Shown here: positions 1 to 14,400 of the stretch, one piece after another
How the letters are laid out: each line of letters starts with the position of its first letter
How positions within the stretch are numbered: position 1 is the first letter of the stretch
DNA from: Glaucostegus cemiculus
Lineage: Eukaryota
NCBI GenBank assembly: GCA_976551045.1
Contig: CDPCPM010000323.1
Coordinates: 4,464,001-4,528,000 of the forward strand
Length of the DNA: 64,000 nt
Direction: 5' to 3'
The notes under the pieces: model-generated
The model's database searches: none
Seen by the model: only the letters and a program-made list of their open reading frames with translations
Told to the model about the DNA's origin: nothing
Program-made: the position numbers and the translations under genes

Positions 1-3000
1 GCACCTGTGGCATTGCCATCTGTGGAGGGTCAATGGAAAAAAAATCTTTGAACTGATAACAATGTGAATTTTTGATTAGGTTCGAACTTCATCCAAAATC
101 ATCAGTGTCTGTAGTGTCCATCACGACAGATATTCAACAATACTGACACTTAAAAGAGCCCCGAAAATATTTTTGAACTTTTCGAAAGGAAAGAAAAACA
201 ACAATCTGTCAAAAAAAATCCAGTGGGCGTCATACGCTCTTAAGCGGTTTAAATATTTAGTTCTACTTCACTGTAGATAGGCATTCGTTTGATTAATGAA
301 TAAAGATATCGCACATATTTTGATAAGAAATCACTTCTCATTGTTCTGAAATTCATATTTTTGAAATAATAGGCAGCGTCATTTCTAAAAGTGTATTAAA
401 TTAGTGGATAATTTTGTATTTGTAATCAATGAATATAAGTAACACGAATAATTAACTTCGTTTTCACGTGCAAATGTATAAAATCAGTGAAAAAAATGTT
501 TAATACATATGAACAGAAACAGTGGATGGAGCTCAAGTAGCAGGGCAATCAGAAGTGGAACTTGTCCATAGTGGCGTTCAACAGGTGCTCCTTGCAGGAA
601 CTCATCATGTATTGAGTACTTCTGACGTATACAAGCTGCAAGCTTCTAAGACGTTTTAAGTCTCTTTTAAACAAAGGTTTTTTTTTTCATTATATAGCAG
701 CCACCCAATGATGATAAAAAATAACCTCAAAAACATACACGTATGTTTTTGCTGGTATCAATTTTGCAGTGTTAGAACAGAATGAAAACACAAATGAAAA
801 TGAAACAGTTGATGGGATAATTTCGTGGGTTTTCTTGACTATTCCACAAACTCTCCTCTTCATTTTCCGGAATTCTACCGCAATATCTTTGTACAACGCG
901 TACAGTGCAATGACATGTTGCCATACAGTGGCTAAAAAAAAAAAGCGCAATAAATTAATGAACGTACTGTATACAAATGCCACAAGGCTATGTTTATATT
1001 ATGATATATTAACATGAGGGTATAATAACAGTTAACATCATGCATATCTTAAATAATATGGTCCAATTATTTGTAGAGATATTAGTGTTAACCTAGCATC
1101 AGTTGACCATAAAATAAGGGAAGAATCTTCCCTGATCTGCAATGATAACTTTCTTGTTTTAGATATTAATGCACAAAATTATTTCCCCTGTCGTCATCTA
1201 ATTGACCTTAGCGTCAAGGCTATTTTGAAAGATATATCAATAGCATCAATGATAGAAGATATTTTCAAGAAGCAAATCTACCTATAACCATTATCATCTT
1301 CAAATGAAATAAAAAAAAACAGAAGTAATGACTGTGGGCTCAAACGATTTTATTCAATTAGAAGTAGCAAACGAATATACCTTGTTAATGAAATATACAT
1401 CATTTGTCAAGATAATAAATACATAAAAAGTATGACTATTGTGTTAGAGTGTGGAATTGTTTTAAAGCATTTAGTCAAACGCTTTCCTTTATTTGGGCAT
1501 GCAAGTACACGCATGTATAGTATATATACATATACGTGATTTTTGTTTTGTGATATGGTAACAATTCACTTAACTGTAGCGCCAGCAATGGATTATAATA
1601 CATAAAGGAAGTGCATAATACCGCGATTATTTCTTTCTGGTCACTTTTTCACTTTACCTTTTTAAAAATATTAATGATGTAAAATTATCTAGAATGAAAC
1701 ACAGTTTCATGAGGAAAATATATAACTTCATGTTTGTTCATTTTCTTGAAATCTGGAAAGAAAATAGCGTGTTTTATAACCTGAAATAGGCATTGAAAAA
1801 GAAACAAATGTAAAGAACAAATTGATTTGCTCTGGCCGTTATTATATTGATGCAGCGACAGTGACAACCAGACAATTGTAAAGATTATAAGGAAACAGGA
1901 AATTAGAAAAAATCACAGAGCTTCAATGAAATTTACGCTCAGAAGGCAGACCATAAAGGATCACATGCGGATTGCTTATTAATTTATGACAATGGCTCCT
2001 GTTCCAAGAACATACAGCTTGTTTATTTAAACACAGCGAATAGAAGTTTAATATGATTTCAGTAATATTTCTGTATACATTATTGTTTTGGACGTTAAGA
2101 AGTTTTAGATGAATCTTACTCATTAATTCGCGCATTTGTTACTTTTAAAATAACTTTTCGTACTGCATTTAATTTAATTTCACTAATCAGAAATAATTAC
2201 TCCGATTTTATGGATCCAAATTATACTTTGTTTTTATTTTAACGCACATATTTAGTTGTTTTATTCGCTTTTTAAAAAATAAAAGAGAAAGCCTTCTGAT
2301 TACCTCAAACGATCTCAATGTGCAATGTTCAGAAGTGCAATAATATGTTATAATTGTGACTACCCTCGGTGTTTATTTCGTGATACTTGGTTGAAACGGT
2401 TAGATTGGTGCTCCCAGTTATATCAGCTCTTTTCAATTACAAGCTATCATTTCCCTTAACGTCGTGGAGAAAACATAGTTTCATTGATTAGCCTTTTCGC
2501 CTGTTCCTCCTTTACTTATCAGGACCTTGGACGAATTCGTGGTACGACTTCACTTATCACATTTAAGAGATTTTAATACCGAAATGTCACTTTAAATTTC
2601 ACAAGACAAACAGCGTTCTCGACATATTATATTAAACGAAACTGGTGCACAAATGAATGTCTTTCACTTCATATTGCACTGGCAAACTAAAGGAATAAAA
2701 GTGTACTCTCGCTTAATAATGGCTCCAAATCTGCATTTTACATTTAAAAGAAAACTTTATTTTCTTTTCCAAAACGAGAATTCAATTCAGCAAGGGTTTC
2801 TTTTTGTCGATGATACACTGCATATATTTTTTAAGCAAAATAGTTTAATAAAGTGGGAGATGGGGTAAACTATTTTTTAAATTATAGATATGTTGGTTTT
2901 GCGTCGACTAAAATTTAATTTTACAATTTAATATTACCTTCAACACATACCACCAGACAAAGAATTGAGCTTTATGGAACATAATCTTGTTCAAGGACCA

Positions 3001-6000
3001 GCGCCTCCTAGTACCTGACTGGGTATTAACTCCAATAGATTCACCGAAAGATTCATCACAAATACGACATAGCATAAAAACAAATAGCATCATCAAAACG
3101 CAGAGGTTTTAAAGAAAATGGGTGCGAAGCAATTTCGCATTTGTTGGCATCAGTCTAATGTACAATGCTAACTTCCTAATTATACCACAAAATATTTCGC
3201 ATCGGTGATTTAGTGTGGTAATAAATACGAATTTACACTGAAATCAAACGATTGTTCAATGTGAAAAAGTACATTGATAGCTATAGTGTTTTGAGTGTAT
3301 CGACGATTAATAATGTTTCGTGAACTAAGCTATTGAACATAAAATTAAACAAATTTTTAATTAAAAATTAAACAAAAACTGTAAAAATTAGAAAAGGCCT
3401 TTCCTATATTGTTTAAATTGCTACAACTAATCAAAATCTATTTAACGTATTTAGTAAATTTTGATCGTTTAGGCATATAATTAGATTTAACTATAGTTAG
3501 CTGCTACAGGCTCCAATAACTTTCACTTGCACAACTTTGTTTATATTACCCGTGCATGGCCTTTTTTTAAAGAAATAGCAATAATATGTAAATCGATTCA
3601 TCTGTAAATAAGGAGCCAACAACGAGATTAAACGCTCAGTTCAAGAAGATGGTGTCTGTGGTGGGGTCGGGTGTGGAATTGGCAGGAGTAGGATTAATGT
3701 ATTATACTTATTTTGCTGCTATTTTATAATTATGTGGTTATATATTTGAAAACTATTTAGTGATGCAATGGTTCCTAAATAATTACATTGTTAAATATAG
3801 GGCCTTGTTTAACACTATAGTCTGTGTTTTTCTTCAACACCTTTGCTGAGGAAACGTGGTTATCTTAGAAATGGAAACAATGTAAAAGCAGTCATTACAC
3901 GCCTAGCCTGTACAGTTATAACAAATAGATCAGAGTAGTTTCTAATCTCTCACTTTTATTCAAACAAAGCAAAACTAAAATCAAAATCTGACTAAGTTTA
4001 GAGACTCCATTGTTAGCCAGATACTCAGCAAACGAACAAAAAGACGACTCGCAACCAAGATCAAATTAAGGAAACCCCTTTGTGCAAAAATATCGCCTTC
4101 TTCGCAAATATTTGTTCTAACTATTGCTTTAAAAAGAACTTTTATTCCGTAGCGTTCTTTACTGCTCCGATCTCGGATTGCAATGTTCAAATTATATAGG
4201 TTCGGTACTATTTTATTTCAGCAAGATGCTCAAAATATCAATGGGATTTGATCACATTTTATGGATCCCAAACAAATTCAGTAATGTAAGGTCCTTTTGT
4301 GCTTGCATCGCACCATCTTGAAAGTACAGCAGGAAAACCACAGATATTAGCGCCACCCCGCTGTCATTCGTGGGATGTGCATTCCAAAAGCAGGGAGCAG
4401 ATCAAACAGTCTCTCAAACATGACACACACATCGTTACCCTTTGTAACTTTTCATTAAATTATTGAACCTCTTATTAGACACCAACAGCAGCATCCTTTT
4501 TGACGTGCTGATCCTGAACCGATTATATTAGAATATCCCTTTGCTCGAAGAGTTTGTAGTTTGACAGTTAACGGCAAAGTTATATAATACCAATTAATTC
4601 TATTAATAAAGCACTATAAATGATATAAACGTCAATATTAAAAACATAAATATATGTACTAAACCCTAACTCTTATTAAAGCAGGCATTCGATCAATTCT
4701 TCGATGCAAATTTAAGACTAAATATTTGAAACATATACCAGCATTTTCCTCTAAATGGTCATTGAACTACTTTGCACATTTTAAGGGTACTTTTATACTA
4801 CTAGTGTACCGTTGAATTCTAGTGCTGTTAAACTTCCTGCCACAAATGCAAAGCAAGACTGAGGAGTTTGTATTACAACTGTGTCATAGTGTTACACCGA
4901 TGCAAAACATGTAGCCAGAGGGCCTGCTAATGATTACAGTATAAAACCCGGCTCCAAAAGAACAGGCAGCCTAGAAACTGGCCATTATTAATTCAGTGGT
5001 CAGGCACTTATCCAACTCTCTCCGGACTATAAAACAAGAAACACATAGCACTCCAACATAAAGATTTTTAAAATATGATGCTTTATGTCTCAACGCTAAT
5101 TATAAACTTTTCTCTCTTCTTTTCAAGACCGCTTTCACTCTTTATACAGCTGATTTCCTTTCCGGCACCATGCTACAAGACGATTAGCAGCAAATTATCC
5201 CTACGTTTTTGCTATTACATTACAAATTTATTTTATGTGACGCACCGTCAGACCTTTCCAGCCGCTTTTCACTGAATGAGTAATTGCGGAGATCCAGATG
5301 GAATAGGTTTTCTACATTTGACAAGACATTTGTCATTTTAAAGTACCAGATACAGAATATAAGACGAGCCTTTTTGTGCATCAAGTTTCCTAACAATTCA
5401 GATGATATTTAATACAGTGGAATCAAACTAAATTTTGACAATGAAATATTTTTTTAAAAAAGAGTCTGAGATAATTTTACTACAAGATCGTCATTATTAA
5501 GTTTGGGGACATTAAATCTAACAGGATGGGGCTATACAAAAACATTAGAAATATTATTTTACCGTTTTATTGAAAGGAGGTATTTGAATTCAATATTAAG
5601 TGCTAGAAAGTGTGGGAACATTTGTAAATATGGAGATGGTGGAACTACTTTCTGGACCTCTTTTTAAACGTTATTAATCTCAAAGAGAATGAGTGTTCTG
5701 CTACTTTTTTTAAATACTAATCAAAACGATAATGGACCTTGCAGCATTAATGTGATTTGCTATGCAGCTTTTGTTTTTGTTAACATGAGTGCATTTATCT
5801 TTGAAATATTTTCTTAAAATATCCCTGTAATATATTCCTAATTTATGAAGTATTTAATGAACTAATTATATGAATTTGAAATAACTCGACCACGCAAGTA
5901 TATCGAAGATTCACTGCCTTTAAACGGGCTCAACAGCATTAAACATCAAGTCGCTGGGATTATTTCGGAAGACATGTTAATAAAAGATATCCCTGACACA

Positions 6001-6556
6001 AACCAGTTCTGCTGCTTACAGGTTCAGAAACTGCGAGGTGTCGAACTTCTGCATTAATATTTCTTCTTGCTATTACAAAAATGTTGCAATTTTCCTTCTT
6101 ACTTCCAATCTTAATATGTTCTCGATTATTAATAAGCACGGTCTCGTCGTATCTGGCTCAAAAATATACATGCAAGCATTTTAGTTTATTAATATATTGA
6201 ACAATATCTTGTAATAATGTGAAATATTCATCGTGTATTACACTAGCGCCACGATCCTACTGATTCGTTCTAGTTCAATTCGAATGTAGTAGGTTCGCTA
6301 TTTTAATAAGTCTTGGTTTACGTTTGATTGTCCTGATATTGTAATAAATGCAATTGTTCAGAGTCACGTGCTAGGCCGGGATTCCAACCTCAGATCCGAT
6401 TTAATCTGCTCACTCTGAGCATGCTTTAATCGTCGGATCTTCGGGGTGAAAGAGAGAGAGAAAAAAACAGAAATTAAAAGAAACACGAGTCTTATTAAAA
6501 ACACACACAAACACAGAGAGAGACAAAGCACTGAGGTGTGTGTGCCTGTTAAGCAT

Positions 6557-6608
6557 CACACACACACACACAGACACACACACACAGACACACACACACA
6601 CACACACA
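6557..6608. repeat. (CA)n microsatellite, imperfect
   Basis: Directly visible. Confidence 0.95.
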
Positions 6609-8693
6609 AAAAGACTGGGAGTGCAGACTCAATCCAACGGACTTGCAGAAAAGAACACCGATATTTCTGATATACATACAATATGTATCTCAACATATAA
6701 ATACATCAATGCAACAGAAAAAAATAATACTTGTAGCATCTGAGATCAATAAACGCTGGGATATTAAACATATCTCCAGGATCATTTACTGCGTTGCTAC
6801 CATATGGGTCGGTCTACTTGGGTAGCAGATCAGTACTATCAAAGCAAATAACCTGCCATATTTCTCCATATATGTCCAATAATCTAATAGCTCAATAAAT
6901 GAATATGTTTCTATATGTTTGGTACATACATTCTAAAAACTTTAAATCGAATCCAGTTAATTGTTTTCCTTAATCTTATACAGAAGCCAAATCATAATAC
7001 TTAAAATTGCCGAGTAAAAATTATTTATTGATACTTGCAATAAACAGTTCCACTTATCCGCGTCCACGGAATGGCGGCAGTTGATAGCCTGCCACAAAGC
7101 AGCCATTTTTTTAATCTCTTGGAAGTCGTGCCTGGGTAAAGTATTGATACAATAAAATGATCTACCTCACAATTTGATCAGATTTTTTTTATTGCTAAAA
7201 CAAATGAATCCGTATAATCACCGAAATTGAATGCTGTTGGAGCCTTATAGTCAGCGTGTCAAACTAAATCTACGATAAATAATTCTGAGGATTAAATGTT
7301 TTAGATATTACTCTATCGCGTTACATTCAAATCGGTTTCTAGGTAGGAAGAGCCAACCTATGTGCAATGGTTATGTGTGTTTTATTTCTATTATCCGATA
7401 TTAATTTAGATATAGTATGATTGCAAATATTTGTAGTGGGCATTGGTTAAGTGCACCAAATTAATCAACAATTTATTGAACCTAATGCTTTTTTTAAAAA
7501 AATCCTTATATTTCGGTAGACTAGGGGATTTTTTTCAGCATACAATTTCCACTTAGTCAGTAGAAGTATGAAACTTGTTTAATTGTGATTCTACTATGAT
7601 GACCATACACTTCCACACTTGCCTGGATTGTCACACTTTCAAAAAATATTCTGCATATTTTCGCGGAAACTTTCTTGAAGATTATTTTCTGTGGAATCTG
7701 CAAAACATAAACCCGCTAAGACTTCGGTGTGACTGTTTTTAATGTTTTACAGATTTTGCATATTATTTGACGGCAGCAAACAGATGTGGTTGAAGAATAT
7801 GTCATCAATATACAAAATGTGTGAGTCACTCTGTTAATAAATTATTGCTGGCCACCAATGTAATAACCAAATTTGAAAGGATGCTGCAAGGATGCTACAT
7901 GCAATATCGCCATATGACGCCTAATTCTGTCTTCTGCTTAATGATATTAGAAGTTTAGATATTCTCCCGGATCTGATGAATAGATTCTATTCCAAATGGT
8001 TTCGGGACAATTCATAGAAATGTTAACATTTAACCACGTTTATCAAAATGAATCAAACTAATCAACATACTTCTAAAGTTTAAAAAAAAACGTGTGCGAT
8101 AGGGCACAGCTGTGTTATAAAGGCTACGTATTGTAATAAAATTTGTCTCGATCAAACTGGACATTATATTGACCAATGCACGTTAGCACAAACGAGTGAT
8201 CCTCATTGCCGAAACATGTCATTCAGCCACTTAGAGGTGGTGTATATAATGCACCAGTAAGCTATTGAAATGCATTTTATGTCATGTTTTTTGGAAGCAT
8301 TTCCACGTTTAATTACATTGAAATATATTCCGTACAAGTTGTGTTTATGACATGGCAAAATATTTATTTCATAATGTGAACGTGCATTGTTCGCCATTCG
8401 TGTCGCTAAAATATCCGAATATATTCCAATTCAAATGAATCGAACTCTTCAGTTGCAAGAGAAGAAAAAACGTCAAGGTAGTATTTAGCAGGCATTCCAA
8501 TTTTCTTATTTCTTGAATACTTTGCGGTACTGTGCTTTATAGTAATAGGACAGTAAATTGCCAGTGACCCTGAACTATCGCTGGGTCTGCTTGAAAAAGC
8601 TTTGCTCGCAAACCCAGACAAAGGTTTCATGCACACAAATGCAACCTATTTAAAGACGAGTCAGAGTCACAATACTCGGCAGATTGAATACCT

Positions 8694-8696
<3 letters not shown>

Positions 8697-8767
<71 letters not shown>
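8697..8767. repeat. (CA)n microsatellite
   Basis: About 35 units, directly visible. Confidence 0.97.
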
Positions 8768-8769
<2 letters not shown>

Positions 8770-9264
8770 TATATATTATTGATGTATATATAGTGTGTAT
8801 ATGTGTACTCTGTAATTTATTTATAATGCCTTATAGCAGATGCATTTTCTACTTAGCTTTAATTTCTGTGGAAAGTTTGTCTCTTACAAGCATATTTATA
8901 TTCCTAATATGACCGCTGATGAGGTATATAAAGTGTACTCTTGCTCCTTTCTGCTTTACCTAGAAGTCGCTGGATTCGTGAGAGTTGAAAGTTTACTTAG
9001 CTTTCAAGTAGTAAGGAACAAAAATCGATGTATTTAGGATTTATATAAAACTTTGCTTGTCAGAATTTAGAGAATGCGATGGAAATGGGATGAAACAAAA
9101 GATGTTCACAGAACGAGGGAACTTTGCAAATCTTAGTTACTGTTTTCCAATAGAGAAGTGTCAGAATGCGCCAAAGGGCTTAAAGGCTTAACTCTGGCAG
9201 TAAGTTCATCATCAGAGCGTGCTATTCTTTCAGGCTTTTTAACCATCCTTTGAGACGATTCAAA

Positions 9265-9267
<3 letters not shown>

Positions 9268-9304
<37 letters not shown>

Positions 9305-9320
9305 CCTCTCTCTCTTTCTC
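9268..9320. repeat. (CT)n microsatellite followed by GT- and G-rich tract
   Basis: Directly visible. Confidence 0.95.
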
Positions 9321-10496
9321 TATCCGGCTTGATCCCAAAATGGGTGGTGATGGGTGTGTGTGTGTGTGGGGGGGGGGGAGGTGGAGGAGGGGTTGGGTTG
9401 CTGGGGAGGGGGTGTCCAAAGTAGCAGAGGTCGAAGTTTAACAGTATTCTTTTGACTTCCAGGTGTTCTACAAGCGGTATTCAAGCGTCAGTACTGCTAT
9501 ACTGCACCTAGGTTTTATTTAAAGAATAAACATACTGGAACGTGGTGTGGTCAAGACCCGTGTTGTGCAAACGATCTACGTAAACAACTACATATTGCAC
9601 TTCGTAGACACTACTGTACCACTTACCGTAAGGTACAGGCGCGTAGAACAAACTGGCGTTCAACATTAAGGTTAATGGAGATTTTAGTCATGCAATCGTT
9701 ATTTTAACCGTAGTACCGGTGATGGCACTAACAAAAAATACAACGGTGTCATTCAGTTTTTGGTATGAAGCTACCAATCCGCATTAATAGTCCCGCAGCA
9801 GAGATACCGGTTGCAACGTTATTTATACAAGAGGGGAATTAATCAAATCAATCAGTGTTGACAAATTAGAAATATTTGAAGGAACGCGTTAATTTACAAG
9901 TTTGTTATTAGTTAAAAATCACCAGCATTGTAGTGGCAATTAATAACACTCTGAGTGGAACACTCAAAGACGAATGGATCCTTCTGTACCGGTAGTGATA
10001 AGCACAGCTGTCCCGCAATGATGGCGAATGATAGAAAGATTCGAAAAGGGCGGGGGTTGGGTGGGGAGAGCCGATTGAAAGAGAGCTTAATAATGAAACG
10101 TTCGCAGGTAGGAATAGAGGGAGAAGAAAGGGACAAGTAGGAAGCGAGGACGAGACGGAAAAGGAAGGGCGAAAGAAACACAAATGAACGATATATGCAA
10201 CACCGCACGACCCAACGGACGGGCGACACACAATCTAAAGAGCATCTTGCGGCTGAAAGTACGGCGGATTACAATAGGTTCCAAACGTGCTGAACGAACT
10301 GACGGTCACTGCCAATAACTTAATGAAAATATTGAAAATAAATCCAAATCCCGCCACACAAAAAGACTCACTTACAATCATAACACATATAAAAGCATCA
10401 CATCTAGGGATGACCAAAATAACAGTCATTGTATAATGGGATCTTGTTAGTTCCTTTTGGAGACTTTTGCAGGTCAGATGATCTAATGTTAAACTT

Positions 10497-10565
10497 TCTC
10501 TCTCTCCCTCTCTCCCTCTCTCCCCCCTCTCTCTCTCTCTCTCCGTCTGTCTCTGTCTCTCTCTC
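10497..10565. repeat. Imperfect (CT)n tract
   Basis: Directly visible. Confidence 0.9.
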
Positions 10566-10742
10566 CACTCATTCCTTTCGCGCATGCACAAAGCTCACGG
10601 CCCTTCCCCCAATCCCAACTGCTGACAGTTCAACATAAACTTCAGTTAAAATATTCTTTTCCTTGTGTGTGTCGCTGTTCACCTCATTTACAAACATCCT
10701 TCCAAAATGACCATTTATTTATTTATTTTCCTTCTCCCTCTA

Positions 10743-10746
<4 letters not shown>

Positions 10747-10806
<60 letters not shown>
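10747..10806. repeat. (CT)n microsatellite
   Basis: About 30 units, directly visible. Confidence 0.97.
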
Positions 10807-10809
<3 letters not shown>

Positions 10810-11289
10810 TCCAGTCCTTCGTCCGACTTCCACTTCCTTGGCTCAAATCACAGCAGGTCCTAACTACTTGAAATTCACCAAAATAATGACTGTTTCAGAA
10901 CGATAAATCATCGTCTCCATGTAAACCTTGAAGGAGCTTTTTAGAAAATAGCTTGCTTACTGTGGTTTGAGTGCTGAGCTTCGTTTCCATTCCGTTCGCT
11001 TCCACGTCCCTCCTGTGAACAGCCAGTTCCGCACTTTACACTGGAATCTTGTTTTTAAAGTTGTACTTTTTTATCGGTTGCAACTTTTTTTCTGTTTTAT
11101 TTTTTTTATATAGTTGTTGTTCGGCGCACACTTGGTTTACTAAGTCGTAGCGTGCCGCACAAAAGGAGCTACGGAATGAGATTTATGGGTTTCCAAATGA
11201 AAAGATTCATTCGACATAAGAGGTTAACACAAAGTTCGTATGACCGTGACTTGCATTGGCAAAAAGCAGCGCCGACTCAGCACAAAGGC

Positions 11290-11425
11290 NNNNNNNNNNN
11301 NNNNNNNNNNNNNNNNNNNNNNNNNNNNNNNNNNNNNNNNNNNNNNNNNNNNNNNNNNNNNNNNNNNNNNNNNNNNNNNNNNNNNNNNNNNNNNNNNNNN
11401 NNNNNNNNNNNNNNNNNNNNNNNNN
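11290..11425. other. Assembly gap (136 N)
   Basis: Run of n. Confidence 1.
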
Positions 11426-14400
11426 GTCGAAACTGCGGTTTTCATATTCCTGCTATAGTTTTCAAACCCAGGCATCCTTTTGTTCGTCGCTAGAGTGTTG
11501 CCCCCCCACCTCCACCCCCAACTACCAACCGCTCCCCCCGCCACACACACACACACACCCTCCTATTCCCTCAATCTGAACTTTGCCACTTCAGTGTCGG
11601 CTAAATCTCGTGTAATGCACAGTGCTTAAAAAAAGCAAGACACTGAGATTTGGAAGGAAGGGACTGTGATGAGAGGACGAAATATAATTCGAGGTTGTGG
11701 GGGGGGGTGGTCACTGGGAAGGAAATAAATGGGGGAGGAGGAGAGAGCAAATAAAACAGAAATAAAGGAAAGAGGGAAAAAAGAAGCAATGAAAATAAAC
11801 TTTAAAAATTGAATAATTGGGAGGGTTGGATTATCTTCCCTTACGAGTAATAAAAATTAACGACAAGAATGGAAATAAGACTCGCGTTTGGTGATTGGGT
11901 AAAGCTTTTAAAATAAGCTCAGAGCAAATGCATCAGTGTTAGTTGTCAATCTGTAGGGTCGTGCAATGGGAATGCTAATGAGACAAAATTAACCCGTCCT
12001 TTCGTTACATTGGAAGAGATCGATTGTTGACCCAGGGCTCCCAGGACGTCTTATTTATGCTGCATAGCAATGATATAATCAACCTCATCTTTAGCACTGA
12101 ACCACTCACAAACCAACAACTTTTGTTAACAATCAACTCTGTATTTCCAGAGGATCCACATGAATTCATATTGAAACCCCATCAGAATCCAAATGTCCTT
12201 TTAATTATTTGTTCTGTGTTAGTATGCCTAAATGTCGTGGGGTAAAAAAAAAGACTAAGATTTGGAGAAGCAACTATTATCTACTAGCTTATGTTGTCCA
12301 GTGTATTTAAATGCGATTTGTTGGACATTGCGGCGATGATGTCGATTTAGACTATACTCAACACTAAAGTTACAAAACAAGTATCCAGCAGAATGTACTC
12401 CAAGTAGTGTCCTTGTCTGAGTTAATACAGATTCCTGCAATTACGATTGCTGATGTTTAATAACAATCAATCCATATTAGAGCGCTCCTCCACAACAGAA
12501 GACTGAAGGTACAAGTGTCAGCGGAAATAAAATAATGACAAAGAGAACAGATCTAATAATAGGTGGATATTTTGGTTAATGCTTATTTGTTGACTATATA
12601 GGATGCAACCCGCGTTTAGTTTTGATGTTCAAGATTGTATATGCGCAGGAATGTATAAGTATGTATGCTTTTTATACTTCTCCAAGCCTCGGGAAATTAA
12701 AGTTTGATATTTCTGAGACAGGGGGATAAACCGTCTGCCAGGGACAAACCAGGGTTGTCCTGTCATTAAGTTGGAGCAACATGAGCCACTGCAGCAGCTC
12801 TTACTTTGGAGGTGTATATGTGAGCAAACATTACCGTATGTCCAACTTACATACTTCTCAAACTTTTAATAATTCAGACGCGAGCACGGTGCCAGATCAC
12901 AGTTCTGGAGATTTTAGACTCCGTCCTCTCCGTTGTGCATGGCGAAGATTGATGTCGTGTGCATTACAGTGAACCTGCGATATTTTCGGACCGATCATAA
13001 CAGGTGGTTAATATTGGAGGGGTTTCAATAAAGCGGACTATTAGCAATTATGAGAAAAACAAGTCCGACCGGTTAACTTCTATCGGGTGCAGGTATGACG
13101 ATAATAAACCCTTTCCCCAGTTTGAAACAGTTGTGTTCTTGTCGTGTGTAATTTGTGGTTGATACCCGAAGTAGGTCCTTAAGTGACAATTCTGTGAATA
13201 ACGGGTAGATGGCACAATTTTCTAACATTTAGAGAGCACACACGCTGAGCACTAAGTCCATTTAGAAGCACTTTCTTTGTGTGCACAGAGATAACTTGAC
13301 AGACAAGCAGAACATAGACATCTCAATGAAGCTTGTAAAAGTTTGCACAAAGGAATTCGCAAATCACGGGTTTATGAAGAAAAATTGGAGACGTGAAGAT
13401 TGTGGAAAAGGGAATTATTATTCCATGGGGTTGTCAATAAATTAATTCCCCTCCAAAGAAATGTCAATTTGAACTGAAAATAAATAGTGCAGAAGCTTTG
13501 AGTTTTGGAGGACTGGGCCGCGTAGAACAGTCTGTTGAGCTGAAGGCGAATCCCTGATGGTAAATCCATCATTAGCATTTATTTCCTGTAAGGCGGCAGC
13601 TACAGTAAATTTATCTCGTTTTTGTAGCGCTTTAATAGACATTTATTAAATGCTTTTAGAGAGAGCGTGGGGCGTCTGATTATATAAACTTAGAAATTGA
13701 GCATTAAAGACGCGAGTTGGTAATCAGGTTCCCTTCCTTTGAAAAGTGCTTCATCGCGTCAAACAAATGTGCATTCAAGAGATGGAGATGTATCCCAATA
13801 TAACAGTCTTTTTCTTTTGGCAGAGCAGCCTCATCTTTTTTTCAATCGCACACCTTAGCTGTATAATTGTGAGTGCCTTGATAAAACGCATGCAATTGGA
13901 TCGGCCAATGTGCATTGCGTGATCCGGCTTACATTTCTCACCATGTACATTAAAGGAAACCTTAATGCGAGTTTCACAGAAAGTAAAATACCTGTGAATG
14001 TGTATACGGGTACGTGCGTGTGAGTGAGAGTGAGAGAGATTGTGCATTAACAGTGTAATTAGTAACAGCTCTCTTGTCGTCAAGAGATTTATTCTATCTT
14101 CTTTGAAAAGGTAAAACTGTTTAAGATAAATAACCTTCTGCGGAGAAATAAAATAGAACAAAAATAAAACTCTTGCAAAACGTTTTAAAACCAAGCCAGC
14201 GGCATATTGTCACTCGTTGTTACACCAAATGGAAAATTGCACTTATTTATAACTCTGATTGTTCGTAATTTTTTTGTCTCTGGCAATGTTACTATTTTGG
14301 AATTGCTTTGAAGCCAAAATATATGAGGACTGTGTGCGCGTGTACGTGTGTGTGCAGTTTCCTGATTACTGGGCTCTTTTATTGATTATGCTTCCATTTT

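Noticed and set aside
4345-4365. CTCF-like GGGGTGGCGCTA on minus
   Set aside because: The 5' half deviates from consensus; too weak to call without scoring.
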